Source: Thermoanaerobaculia bacterium
GTDB taxonomy: Bacteria; Acidobacteriota; Thermoanaerobaculia; Multivoradales; UBA5704
Direction of reading: 5' to 3'
DNA: 64,000 nucleotides
Assembly: GCA_035995205.1 (NCBI GenBank)
Contig: DASYKS010000102.1
Coordinates: 3,069 to 67,068, forward strand
The notes under the pieces were generated by a model. That model ran no database searches, had not been told where the DNA came from, and saw only the letters and a program-made list of their open reading frames with translations. Each line of letters opens with the position of its first letter. Position 1 is the first letter of the stretch. Of this stretch, positions 18,547 to 27,861 are shown piece by piece. The translations under genes and the position numbers were made by a program.

Positions 18547-20684
18547 TTTCAAAGTCGGCCGCGGCGCTCGCGCTCGCGCTCGGACTCGCGGGCTGCGCGC
18601 ACGAGGATTCCGTGCTTCGCGAGGGCGCGCTCACCCCGCGCTTTGCGACCGGCGCCCCGCGCGAGATCAAGATCTGGACCGCCGCCGGAGCCCGATCGTT
18701 GAAGCTAGAGAAGCACCAGCGCATCCGCCTCGGCACCAGCGACCGGCAAGCCGTCTTGACCCTTTCAGGCGTCACCTGGAAGCTGCCGGTCGGCGCCGCG
18801 GCGTGCAATCTTTCGATCTCGCTCGGCGCGGTCGCCGATCCGAACGACCCGCAACCGACCGCGGCACGCATCGACCTCGTAGACAAAGGCAAGGCCGCGT
18901 CGCTCCTCGACGTTTCCCTCCATCCGGGCGATGGCTGGATCAGCCGACGCCTCGAGATCCCCGCGGGAAGAAGGTCGCGGCGCTTGGTGCTGTCAAGCGA
19001 AGGCCCGGCTCCGATCGCCTGGGCCGAGCTCTACGACAACCGTCCGCCGGGGCCTGCGGTTGCGAAGCGGCCGAACCTGGTGTTCGTGATCATCGACACC
19101 GTACGCGCCGACCATCTCTCGACGTACGGCTACCGGCGCCCGACCAGCCCGAATCTCTCTCGGCTGGCGTCCCGCTCCCTCCTGTTCCGCAATTCCTATT
19201 CGGCCTCGACCTGGACGCTGCCCTCGACCGCGAGCCTGATGACCGGGCTCTACCCCGACCAGCACGGCGTGCGGAGTCTGCGGGACCTGCTGCCGCCCAA
19301 GGCGGACACCCTCGCCGAAAGGCTCCAAGCGCTTGGCTACCGGACCGCGGCGTTCACCGACGGCGGCTTCGTCGATCCCCAGTGGGGATTCGCCCAGGGG
19401 TTCGATCGCTACGACTCGACCCGGGGCCAGGCCTGGAGCCCGAAAGACGTGGGGCGCGTGGTCGAGCCGGCCGCGCGCTGGCTGGCGGAAAGATCGGCGG
19501 AGGTGGCCGCAGGGGGCGCGGGGAGCACTGCGCCGTTCTTCCTGTTCGTACATACCTACGAGGCGCACCAGCCGTACCTGAACCGGGAAGGCCTCGCCGA
19601 CATGTTCCTGCCGCCGGGGCCGAAACCGCGCGACGAGGCTTACTGGATCCACTTTCCGGCGCGGATCGCGGGGCCGGAGCTCGCCCGGGTGATCGCCCTC
19701 TACGACGGCGAGATCCGCCGCGCCGACCGCTACCTCGCGACCATCTGGCGCGCGCTCGGGCGGAAGGAATTCGCCTCCCGGACGGCGATTCTGGTGACCT
19801 CGGATCATGGCGAAGAGCTGATGGAGCACGGCAACCTGGAACACGGTATGGGCAAGCTCTACGACGAGAACATCAAGGTGCCGTTGATCCTGAGACTGCC
19901 GGACGGCAGCCGTGGCACGGCCGCAAGCCCGGTCTCCGGCGTCGACGTCGTGCCCACCTTTCTGGATCTCGCGGGCGCGCCGAAGGCGGATCTCGAAGCG
20001 CTCCCCGGCCGCTCGCTGCTCGCGCTCGCCGCCGACCCGCAAGCCCGCGAAGCGCCGCACGAAATCGTGGCCGAAGGGCTCAACTCGTTCCATCAGACCC
20101 ACGAGCGTCGCTATCGGCTCGACCAGGGCGAGACGACCCTCCTATTTGACGCCGTCCGCCGCCGCGCGCAGGTTTACGATCGCGCGCACGATGCCGCGAT
20201 GCGCGCCCCGCGCGCCGTCATTGGAAGCGACGCGCCGGAGGTCGCGCGGCTCCAAACCGCGCTTGCCTGGTTCGGGGGTCCGCGCACCGTCCGGCTGCCG
20301 GAGGAGATCTCGGGGCTCGTCATCCCGCGCGCGTCGCGCGTCGCGCCGCTCGCCGTCTGGGACGGGCTGGACGAGCGCACCCTGCCACGCCCGGGTCATC
20401 CGGTCGCTCTTACCCTCGGTCGCCCGCACGCCCTTTCTTTCACGATTCTTCCGGGAACGGGGGAGATCTCGCTTCGTCTGTTCCGTCTCGGCGATCCGCG
20501 CCCCGAGCTGGTTCGCCTGGAGGATCGCGGAGCGACGCCGAGCGGCGCCCCTTTCATCGGCCCGCTGCCCGCCCTCGCAAAAATCCTCGTCGGCCTCCAA
20601 ATCGGCCGCACCGGAACCTCCCGCCTCGAAGACCTCGACGAAGAAGGCCGCGCCGAGCTGCGTGCGCTGGGGTATCTGCGGTAG
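18543..20684 (+). CDS. sulfatase family lipoprotein
   Basis: Proposed GTG start overlapping the upstream stop (GTGA), giving MISKSAAALALALGLAGC (lipobox). Sulfatase core (PNLVFVIIDTVRADHLSTYGY, SASTWTLPSTASLMTG). The track ORF starting at 18294 overlaps the previous gene and was trimmed. Confidence 0.7.
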   Translation: MISKSAAALALALGLAGCAHEDSVLREGALTPRFATGAPREIKIWTAAGARSLKLEKHQRIRLGTSDRQAVLTLSGVTWKLPVGAAACNLSISLGAVADPNDPQPTAARIDLVDKGKAASLLDVSLHPGDGWISRRLEIPAGRRSRRLVLSSEGPAPIAWAELYDNRPPGPAVAKRPNLVFVIIDTVRADHLSTYGYRRPTSPNLSRLASRSLLFRNSYSASTWTLPSTASLMTGLYPDQHGVRSLRDLLPPKADTLAERLQALGYRTAAFTDGGFVDPQWGFAQGFDRYDSTRGQAWSPKDVGRVVEPAARWLAERSAEVAAGGAGSTAPFFLFVHTYEAHQPYLNREGLADMFLPPGPKPRDEAYWIHFPARIAGPELARVIALYDGEIRRADRYLATIWRALGRKEFASRTAILVTSDHGEELMEHGNLEHGMGKLYDENIKVPLILRLPDGSRGTAASPVSGVDVVPTFLDLAGAPKADLEALPGRSLLALAADPQAREAPHEIVAEGLNSFHQTHERRYRLDQGETTLLFDAVRRRAQVYDRAHDAAMRAPRAVIGSDAPEVARLQTALAWFGGPRTVRLPEEISGLVIPRASRVAPLAVWDGLDERTLPRPGHPVALTLGRPHALSFTILPGTGEISLRLFRLGDPRPELVRLEDRGATPSGAPFIGPLPALAKILVGLQIGRTGTSRLEDLDEEGRAELRALGYLR

Positions 20685-20692
20685 GAGAGAGT

Positions 20693-21358
20693 TCAGCCGC
20701 CGAGCAGGAGGGTCTCGCCAAGCGCGACCAGCTCGGCGACGAAGCGGTCCGGCTCGGGAGGATCGATCCAACGTACGAGTTGCCAGTCGTTGTGAGTCGC
20801 GGAGCAAAGACGGCTTGCGACATCCGGAGGAAAAACTCCCGCCGCCTTGCCTGCAGCTCCTTCGATCGCATCTCCGATCGACAAGCCGAGGTGGCAGCAG
20901 AGCCCCCAGATGTCCGCAAGATCCTTCGGTTCGTTGCGATCGAGAAGAGCCGTAATCTTGTTGGCGAGGATGTTCTCGGCGCTGTCCAGACGTCCGAGGA
21001 CGGGGTCGATTTTGACCTCTCCAACGCGCGAGGGCACGTCGTTGATCAGTTCGATCTTGAGCGACAGTTCGCCTTCGGCATCGATCCACAGCCGGACGAA
21101 TCGCGGGTCACGTACTACGAAGCGTGTCCGCCAATGTCCATCCTCGGCCCAAGCCGAAGCGGCGCGATCCACCCACAAGGAGAACTGTGGAGAGTCGTTG
21201 GCGAAGAGATCCAGATCGTCCGAGAAGCGGTGGTGCAGATAGCCGCGAGACACTGCGGTTCCACCGGACAGATAGAGGCCCGTCTCGACGCCGACGAGCG
21301 TTCGCAGCACTTCGTCCTGGAGCGGGTACAGACGCTCGAAATAGAAGCTGTTATCCAC
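20693..21358 (-). CDS. nucleotidyltransferase, AbiEii/AbiGii (DUF1814) toxin family; copy 1
   Basis: 221 aa. LSGGTAVSRGYLHHRFSDDLDLF is the characteristic DUF1814 N-terminal motif. Confidence 0.75.
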   Translation of the reverse strand: MDNSFYFERLYPLQDEVLRTLVGVETGLYLSGGTAVSRGYLHHRFSDDLDLFANDSPQFSLWVDRAASAWAEDGHWRTRFVVRDPRFVRLWIDAEGELSLKIELINDVPSRVGEVKIDPVLGRLDSAENILANKITALLDRNEPKDLADIWGLCCHLGLSIGDAIEGAAGKAAGVFPPDVASRLCSATHNDWQLVRWIDPPEPDRFVAELVALGETLLLGG

Positions 21359-21662
21359 TCGCCCCTCCGCCTCCTGCAGGCACCTCCAATAGCTCCGGAT
21401 GATGCTGCGGTAGCCAGCTCACCAGAAAGTCGAAGCCCCGTCGGCGGCTCTCCGAGCGAATCTTCCCGCGCCATTCAGGCCAACCCGCGACGATCTCGGC
21501 GAACGTCAGGTACTCAAGGATTTCGCGGTACGTGGCGTATTCAAGCAGTCGCACGGCGGCCCAGGTCTGGTCGAGGCGGCCAACCGTCCGGTTCCCTGCG
21601 AGCAAGTCCCGAAAAGCCTGCTGGTCGAGATCGTAGTCCCAGACAAATGATGGACGTGCCAT
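21351..21662 (-). CDS. small Trp-rich partner protein of NTase copy 1 (putative antitoxin-like), family unknown
   Basis: 103 aa, overlaps the NTase start by 8 nt. Shares a W/L-rich core with the partners at 35802 and 48251. Confidence 0.45.
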   Translation of the reverse strand: MARPSFVWDYDLDQQAFRDLLAGNRTVGRLDQTWAAVRLLEYATYREILEYLTFAEIVAGWPEWRGKIRSESRRRGFDFLVSWLPQHHPELLEVPAGGGGASG

Positions 21663-21791
21663 GGCAATTCTCCGCGGGCGCAGTCTAGCAGTGGGTTGCG
21701 GCCCTTCCGAGTCCAGGAATCCCCTCCGCCCGCAAACGGTTAGACTTCTCCGTCACCTTTGGCGGTTCGATCGCTTTCCGAGGAGCCTCCC

Positions 21792-22859
21792 TTGATCCGC
21801 AAGCTTTCTCTCGCCGTGCTTGGCGCTCTTTGCGCGTTTTCGGTCGCCTGTTCGGGCGACGGTCGGACTCCGCTCGTCCTGTATTCGCCCCATGGCCGCG
21901 ACCTGCTGTCTTTGATCGAGAAGCGTTACGAGCAGTTGCACCCGAAGATCGACGTCCGTTGGCTCGACATGGGGGCGCAGGAGGTCTACGACCGTATCCG
22001 ATCGGAAAAGGCGAATCCGCAGGCGGACGTCTGGTACGGCGGGCCGCAATCGACGTTCGCGCAAGGGGCGACGGATGGGCTGCTCGCGCCGTTTCATCCG
22101 ACCTGGGTGAGCGCGATCACGCCGGAGAGCCGCCGGGCGGACGATCTCTATTTCGGTCTGTACCGGACCGCGCCGGTGCTGGTCTACAACGACCAGGCGG
22201 TCTCGGAGGCGGACGCGCCGCGCGATTGGGACGATCTGCTCGCGCCGCGCTTCGCGGGCAAGGTTCTGATCCGCGATCCGCTCGCGAGCGGCACCATGCG
22301 CACCCTGTTCGGCTCGATCCTCGCCCGCTCCATTGCCGAAACCGGCTCGGAGGAGCGCGGCTGGCAGTGGCTGCGCCGCTTGGACGTTCAGACCAAGGAG
22401 TACACCTCAACTCCGGCTCTCTTGATGGAGAAGCTCAACCGGCGTGAGGGGCTGGTGACCGTTTGGGAGCTGACCGACATGCTCTGGCAGAAGAAGCGGG
22501 GCGCCCCGCTCGGTTATGCGTTCCCGACCAGCGGCACCCCCGTGATCGACGATTCGATCGGCCTGGTGGTGGGCGCCAAGCACCCGGACGAGGCAAAGGC
22601 GTTCATCGAGTGGGTGGGCAGCCCGGAGGCTCAGAAGCTCGCGGCCGAGCAGGCGTTCCGGCTCCCGGCGCGCACCGATCTGCCGCCCGAGTCGTTGCCC
22701 GAATGGGCGCGCGACGTGGTCGCCCGGCTGGTGCCGGCGAAGGTCGACTGGAACCTGATGTCGGCCAAGAGCAAGGAGTGGATGGCGACCTGGGATCGCA
22801 CGGTGAGGAGCCGCGGCGGGCAAGCTCAAAGCGGCGCGCCCGGAGCCAGCGGCGGATGA
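21792..22859 (+). CDS. ABC transporter substrate-binding lipoprotein, Fe(III)/FbpA-AfuA-like
   Basis: TTG start with GGAG 6 nt upstream, giving MIRKLSLAVLGALCAFSVAC (lipobox). Periplasmic binding protein family-1 pattern (VLYSPHG...VWYGGP). Confidence 0.75.
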   Translation: MIRKLSLAVLGALCAFSVACSGDGRTPLVLYSPHGRDLLSLIEKRYEQLHPKIDVRWLDMGAQEVYDRIRSEKANPQADVWYGGPQSTFAQGATDGLLAPFHPTWVSAITPESRRADDLYFGLYRTAPVLVYNDQAVSEADAPRDWDDLLAPRFAGKVLIRDPLASGTMRTLFGSILARSIAETGSEERGWQWLRRLDVQTKEYTSTPALLMEKLNRREGLVTVWELTDMLWQKKRGAPLGYAFPTSGTPVIDDSIGLVVGAKHPDEAKAFIEWVGSPEAQKLAAEQAFRLPARTDLPPESLPEWARDVVARLVPAKVDWNLMSAKSKEWMATWDRTVRSRGGQAQSGAPGASGG

Positions 22860-23938
22860 CCTACCTTTCGATCGAGAACCTCGCCAAGGCGTTCGGCGGC
22901 AAACCGGTCCTCGAAGGGCTGACGCTCGGGATCGAGAAGGGGGAGATCCTGGCGCTCCTCGGCCCCAGTGGCAGCGGCAAAACCACCGCGTTGCGCCTGC
23001 TCGCCGGGTTCGAGACACCCGACCAGGGCCGGATCTCGGTCGCTGGCGAGGATGTCACTGCCCTTCCTCCCGCCCGGCGCAATTTCGGCATGGTGTTCCA
23101 GCACTACGCGCTGTTTCCCCACTTGACCGCGGGAGAGAACGTCGCGTTCGGTTTGGAGTCCCGGAATGTCGGGAAAAGCGAGGTCGCCCGCCGGGTCGCC
23201 GAGGCGCTCGCGCTGGTCGAGTTGCCGCAGCTGGTGGCTCGGAAGCCGGGGGAGATGTCGGGCGGGCAGCAACAGCGGGTGGCGGTCGCCCGCGCGTTGG
23301 CGCCCGAGCCGCGGGTGTTGCTGCTCGACGAGCCACTTTCGAACCTCGACCCTTCACTCCGCGAACGGACCCGGCGCGAGCTTCGGAGCGCGATCCAGCG
23401 GGTCGGCATCACGACCGTTCTGGTCACCCACGAGCAGGAAGAGGCGTTCCATCTCGGCGATCGGATCGCCGTGATTGCGGGCGGCCACCTCCAGCAGGTT
23501 GGCCGCGCCGAAGACCTTTACGAGCGCCCGGCGACCCGCTTCGTCGCCGGGTTCATTGGCCGGTCGAGCACGCTCAACGGTACGGTCGAGAGCGCAGAGG
23601 GGGAGAAAATCCAAGTCCGGCTCGATGCCGGTCCGCTTTGGCCGGGGCTCGCGCTCGGACCCCTTTCCGCCGGCACCCGTGTCGAGCTCATCGCCCGGCC
23701 GGAAGGACTAAGCTTCGCCGCCGTCGACGCTCCGAATGCGGTCGCCGGCCGGGTCGCCGAGCGGCGCTACGGCGCGCCCTCCGCCACGTTCACGATCGAG
23801 CTGGACGGCGGTTCGGGTACCGAGGTCGAAGTTCTCGCCGCAGCGGATGCCGCGCAGGAAGGCGATCGTGTGGGGGTGTCGCCCCTGGCCGACGCGCCTC
23901 TCCCGCGGGTGTTCCCCATCGAGAGGTCCGGCGTTTGA
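22856..23938 (+). CDS. ABC transporter ATP-binding protein, FbpC/PotA-like with C-terminal TOBE-type domain
   Basis: ATG overlaps the SBP stop. Walker A GPSGSGKT, signature LSGGQQQRVAVARAL, Walker B LLLDEP. Confidence 0.9.
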   Translation: MTYLSIENLAKAFGGKPVLEGLTLGIEKGEILALLGPSGSGKTTALRLLAGFETPDQGRISVAGEDVTALPPARRNFGMVFQHYALFPHLTAGENVAFGLESRNVGKSEVARRVAEALALVELPQLVARKPGEMSGGQQQRVAVARALAPEPRVLLLDEPLSNLDPSLRERTRRELRSAIQRVGITTVLVTHEQEEAFHLGDRIAVIAGGHLQQVGRAEDLYERPATRFVAGFIGRSSTLNGTVESAEGEKIQVRLDAGPLWPGLALGPLSAGTRVELIARPEGLSFAAVDAPNAVAGRVAERRYGAPSATFTIELDGGSGTEVEVLAAADAAQEGDRVGVSPLADAPLPRVFPIERSGV

Positions 23939-23979
23939 TCACGGCTGCCCTCCCGGCGTTCGGCTCGACGTCTCCCGTC

Positions 23980-25614
23980 ATGAAACGCCGCCTCTGGAGC
24001 ACCCTCGCGCTCGCCGCGTTGCTCGGCTGGCTGGTCGGCTATCCGCTGCTCGCGACGCTCATTGAGGCATTGCGCGAGCCGCAGGCGTTTCTCGACGTGC
24101 TGGCGCGACGGGACGAGTGGCTCGCCCTCTGGCGCAGCGTCTGGACCTCGCTCGCCTCCGTCGGGCTCGCGGCTCTCGTGGGGGTGCCGCTCGCGTTCGC
24201 GTTCGAGCGCTCGGAGTTTCCTGGCCGCCGGCTGCTTTCGGCCGCCGCGGCGCTCCCCGTGGCGCTGCCGCCTCTCGTCGGGGTGATCGCGTTCCTCTTC
24301 CTCTACGGCGAGAGCGGCTTCGCCACCCGGGCGGTACAGTCTCTCCTCGGGCTGGAGCAACCGCCCTGGCGGCTGCTCGGGCCGGGCGCGATCCTGCTGG
24401 TCCATACCTACTCGATGTACGTCTACTTTTACCTGTTCACCCGCGCGGGCCTCGCCCGGCTCGACGGCGCGGTGCTCGAAGCGGCGGCCAGCCTCGGCGC
24501 CTCCAGGGCGCGTACGCTCTGGCGGATCACGCTGCCGCTCTTGCGTCCTTCCCTCTTGGGCGCTTCGCTGCTCACGTTCATGACCGCGCTCGCCTCGTTT
24601 TCCGCCCCCTACCTGTTCGGCGGCAACTTCCGCGTGATGACGACCCAGATCGTCGCTTCGAAGCTGAACGGCGAGCTGGCCGCGGCGCAGGTGGAAACTT
24701 TGCTGCTCGCGGCGGTCGCCCTCATCGCGCTCTGGGTGCTCCGGAGGCTGGAACGGACGGCGGCGATCCCCGGCTCTTCGGGCGTGCGCGGCACCGCTCC
24801 GGCCCGTCGACGGCCGGAGCGGCGCGCCGTGCGGATCGCCCTCGCTCTGGTTGCCGCGGGACTCGCGGTGCTCTTTCTGCTCCCCCACGCGGTCTTGTTC
24901 CTGATTTCGTTCGTGCCGCCGTTTACCTGGACGAACGAGGCGATCCCCCCGGTCTTGTCGCTCGAAAACTATCGCGGCCTGCTCTCCCCGGAGCGCGTGC
25001 GGCCGATCGTCAATTCGCTCTGGATGGCGGTGGTCTCGACCGGCGCGGCGGTCGTGCTGGGGCTTGCCGCCGCGCGAATCGCGACCCGCAGGGTAGGCCC
25101 GGCCGCCCGGGCGGTCGAGGCGCTCGTGGCGCTCCCCTGGGCGATTCCCGGCACGGTGTTCGCGGTCGCAATGGCGACCGCCTGGAGCGTGCATTCCCCC
25201 TGGACGCTCCGTTTCGTGCTGATCGGCACGCCTTGGATTCTGCCGCTCGCCTATCTCGTGCGCAGCCTGCCGGTGACCGGCCGGGCGGCGCTCGCCGGCA
25301 TGCGCCAGCTGGATCCCGCCCTCGAAGACGCATCGGCTTCACTCGGCGCGGGACCCTCCCGGACGCTCCGACGGGTGGTCCTGCCGCTCCTGCGCCCCGC
25401 GCTCGCCGCGGGCGCCGGGCTCGCGTTCTTGGCCGCGTTCGGCGACTTCGTCGTCTCGATCGTCCTCTACACTTACGACACGCGACCGATCTCGATCGAA
25501 ATTCTCTCCGCGCTTCGTCTTCAGGATCTCGGCCTCGCCGCGGCCTACGGCGTGCTGCTCGCGATCGGCAGCACCGCGGTCTTCTTCCTTTGGGGCCGGA
25601 GCGACACGCTGTGA
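23980..25614 (+). CDS. ABC transporter permease with two fused transmembrane domains (FbpB-like)
   Basis: Start MKRRLWSTLALAALLGW computed from the ORF-track frame. ~544 aa with two EAA-like loops. TTG at 23935 is an alternative start. Confidence 0.8.
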   Translation: MKRRLWSTLALAALLGWLVGYPLLATLIEALREPQAFLDVLARRDEWLALWRSVWTSLASVGLAALVGVPLAFAFERSEFPGRRLLSAAAALPVALPPLVGVIAFLFLYGESGFATRAVQSLLGLEQPPWRLLGPGAILLVHTYSMYVYFYLFTRAGLARLDGAVLEAAASLGASRARTLWRITLPLLRPSLLGASLLTFMTALASFSAPYLFGGNFRVMTTQIVASKLNGELAAAQVETLLLAAVALIALWVLRRLERTAAIPGSSGVRGTAPARRRPERRAVRIALALVAAGLAVLFLLPHAVLFLISFVPPFTWTNEAIPPVLSLENYRGLLSPERVRPIVNSLWMAVVSTGAAVVLGLAAARIATRRVGPAARAVEALVALPWAIPGTVFAVAMATAWSVHSPWTLRFVLIGTPWILPLAYLVRSLPVTGRAALAGMRQLDPALEDASASLGAGPSRTLRRVVLPLLRPALAAGAGLAFLAAFGDFVVSIVLYTYDTRPISIEILSALRLQDLGLAAAYGVLLAIGSTAVFFLWGRSDTL

Positions 25615-25697
25615 CGACCAACGCAACCCGCACCCCTGGTTTTGCGTTCACCATTGCGGGCCGGAACCGCCGGTTCTTCCTCGCCTGAGGTTCCCGC

Positions 25698-26966
25698 ATG
25701 GAAAAAAGCTCGCTACGCCAGCTCTCGGTCCTCATGGCCACGGTGTTCGTGGACATGGTGGGCTTTCTGATCGTCCACCCCTTGCTGCCGTTCTACGCCG
25801 AGAGCCTGGGGGCGACGGCGACCGTGATCGGTCTGCTGGTGGCGATCTTTGCCGCGGCGCAGTTGCTCTCGTCTCCGATCTGGGGCCGCCTCTCCGACCG
25901 CTACGGCCGACGCCCGTTGCTGATCGCCGGGCTGCTGGTCTCGGCGGTCTCTTTCGGCCTATTCGGCTTTGCCACCTCGATCTGGATGCTGTTCGTCTTC
26001 CGCTTCGTCCAGGGGGTCGGCGGTGGAACGGTCGGCGTCGTCCAGGCTTATGTGAGCGACGCCGTTCCCCCCGAGGAACGGGCGAAGGCGCTCGGCTGGA
26101 TCACCGCGGCGACCAGCGCCGGGGTCATGATCGGCCCGCTGATCGGCTCGTACGCCACCCGGCTCGGCGCTTCGGGTCCCGGTTTCGTCGCCGCCGCGCT
26201 CTGCATCATGAACGCGATTTCGGCCTACCTCTGGCTCCCCGAGCCGGGGCGACGGAGCTCGGCGGTCAAGAGCACTGCGCCGCGTCGCTCGCTGCGCAAA
26301 TCGATCGCGGAAGTGTTGCGCGAGCCGACCTCGCCGGTCGCCTCGCTGATCTGGGTCTACGCCGTGGGGATGATGGCCTTCATGGCGATGAACGGCATCC
26401 TGGCGCTCTTCCTGGCGAAGAAGTTCGGGATCACCAAGGAATCGATCGGCTGGTTCTATACCTACGTGGGCTGCATCTCTCTCGTGATGCGCGCCTTGCT
26501 GCTCGGTCCGATGGTGCGCCGCTTCGGCGAGGTGGGCGTGATGAAGCTGGGCGCGATCTCGCTCGCGATCGGCCTTGCCGCGATCCCGTTCGCACCGAGC
26601 ATTCCGGTGCTCGCGGTAGCGGTTCTTTTCGTACCGGTCGGCACCGCCCTGCTTTTCCCCGCGACCACCGCCCTCGTATCTCACACGGCACCCGAAGGGG
26701 AGACCGGCCAGGTGATGGGCGTCCAGCAGGCGTTCGGCGGGGTCGCCCGCATGCTCGGCCCGATCTGGGCCGGCAAGGCGTTCGACGTTCTCGGTCCCCA
26801 GGCGCCGTTCTGGATGGCCGCGGCGCTGATGCTGGGAGTCGGCGGCCTCACCCACCGGATCGAGGAACCCAAAAAAGCGCCGCAGAAACCCCTCGCCGAA
26901 GATCCGGGGGTGACCGCCGATCCCCTCCGCCCGGTCGCGACGATCCCCACCATCACCCCGCGCTAG
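25698..26966 (+). CDS. MFS transporter (DHA1-like efflux family)
   Basis: 422 aa, 12 predicted TM. Motif A-like GRLSDRYGRRP. Confidence 0.85.
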   Translation: MEKSSLRQLSVLMATVFVDMVGFLIVHPLLPFYAESLGATATVIGLLVAIFAAAQLLSSPIWGRLSDRYGRRPLLIAGLLVSAVSFGLFGFATSIWMLFVFRFVQGVGGGTVGVVQAYVSDAVPPEERAKALGWITAATSAGVMIGPLIGSYATRLGASGPGFVAAALCIMNAISAYLWLPEPGRRSSAVKSTAPRRSLRKSIAEVLREPTSPVASLIWVYAVGMMAFMAMNGILALFLAKKFGITKESIGWFYTYVGCISLVMRALLLGPMVRRFGEVGVMKLGAISLAIGLAAIPFAPSIPVLAVAVLFVPVGTALLFPATTALVSHTAPEGETGQVMGVQQAFGGVARMLGPIWAGKAFDVLGPQAPFWMAAALMLGVGGLTHRIEEPKKAPQKPLAEDPGVTADPLRPVATIPTITPR

Positions 26967-27068
26967 ACGGCCACAGGCGCGGAGAAGGCACCGGCCAAAA
27001 GAATCGAGGCGACGGCGCAGTTGCGGGAGTGAACCGACCGGTGCTCTCCATCATCAAACATGGCCGCG

Positions 27069-27431
27069 TCAAGCGGCGACGACGCTGATTCGACCAGTCT
27101 TCCTGGAACGGGGCTTTCGGCGAATCACGATCTCGACGTCTTGGTCGAGCGCCGTCAACAGCTTCATCAGGCGTTCGACGGAAAACCCCGCCAATTTGTA
27201 ATGACGAAGCGCAGAGACCTTCGGCTGCGTCACTCCCAGCACTTCGGCCGCATCTGACTGCGAGAGCTTTCGCTCTTCGAGCTCTTGATTCAGGGCATAG
27301 GCCAAGCGAAGCTTGGCCTGACGTTCGGCGGCGTCGGGGAACCCCAAGTCGGCGAACACGTTTCCAGTGCCCCGGGTGATCGGTTCTTGCCGCACCCTGA
27401 CGATTATCCCAGTTCTGGGCTGATCCGGCAA
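27069..27431 (-). CDS. XRE-family HTH protein, HigA-like antitoxin-type; orphan
   Basis: 120 aa (TTG start; GTG at 27395 is an alternative). NVFADLGFPDAAE...LSQSDAAEVLGVTQPKVSALRHYKLAGFSVERLMKLLTALDQDVEIVI is the pattern of HigA-like antidotes. No toxin ORF was found on either flank. Confidence 0.55.
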   Translation of the reverse strand: MPDQPRTGIIVRVRQEPITRGTGNVFADLGFPDAAERQAKLRLAYALNQELEERKLSQSDAAEVLGVTQPKVSALRHYKLAGFSVERLMKLLTALDQDVEIVIRRKPRSRKTGRISVVAA

Positions 27432-27654
27432 CTATGCCATCTATAATGACGATAGTCCCGTTCCAGCTACCGCGCGAATGTCACAAAGCTCGCCAGGGCG
27501 CTTCAAGAGCCGGACTGCCGGAGACCACAGAGGTGCTACGCCGGCTCGTAGGACGGCATCGTATACACACCAGACCTAGCCGGAACGAACTAACCTGAAC
27601 AGACCGTGTCGTACGTCCCTCCTACCAGGGGAGACCACCACTCGTCCCGCCATC

Positions 27655-27815
27655 GTCAGCCGCTGATGCTCGGGGTGGGCGGCCTCACCCGCAGGGTGGA
27701 AGAGCCCCTGAAGTCGCCGCCGATTCCTCTTGCGTCAGACTCCCCGCTCTCGATGACCATCGATCCGCTCGATCCCGCGGCCATTCAGCCGGTCGCTAAG
27801 GTAACCCCGCAGTAA
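27655..27815 (+). pseudogene. fragment homologous to the 3' end of the MFS transporter gene (copy C)
   Basis: Encodes ...LMLGVGGLTRRVEEPLKSP..., matching the MFS C-terminus AALMLGVGGLTHRIEEPKKAP. Nucleotide similarity to 26830-26880 and to copy B. Confidence 0.5.
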
Positions 27816-27861
27816 GAGTTCCCTGTCACTCAGTACTGGGGCTACGTGGCGGACCAAGTGA

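Noticed and set aside
15739-18552. 937-aa minus-strand ORF
   Set aside because: Antisense to the PIG-L deacetylase gene, which has the AHPDDE motif and a signal peptide. The antisense product is Arg/Gly-rich with no motifs.
27432-27600. Possible small toxin ORF upstream of the HigA-like gene
   Set aside because: Manual translation of the minus strand gave only a ~40-codon frame (…RAGVAPLWSPAVRLLKRPGELCDIRAVAGTGLSSL) with no recognisable start codon or RBS and no RelE/HigB-like pattern.
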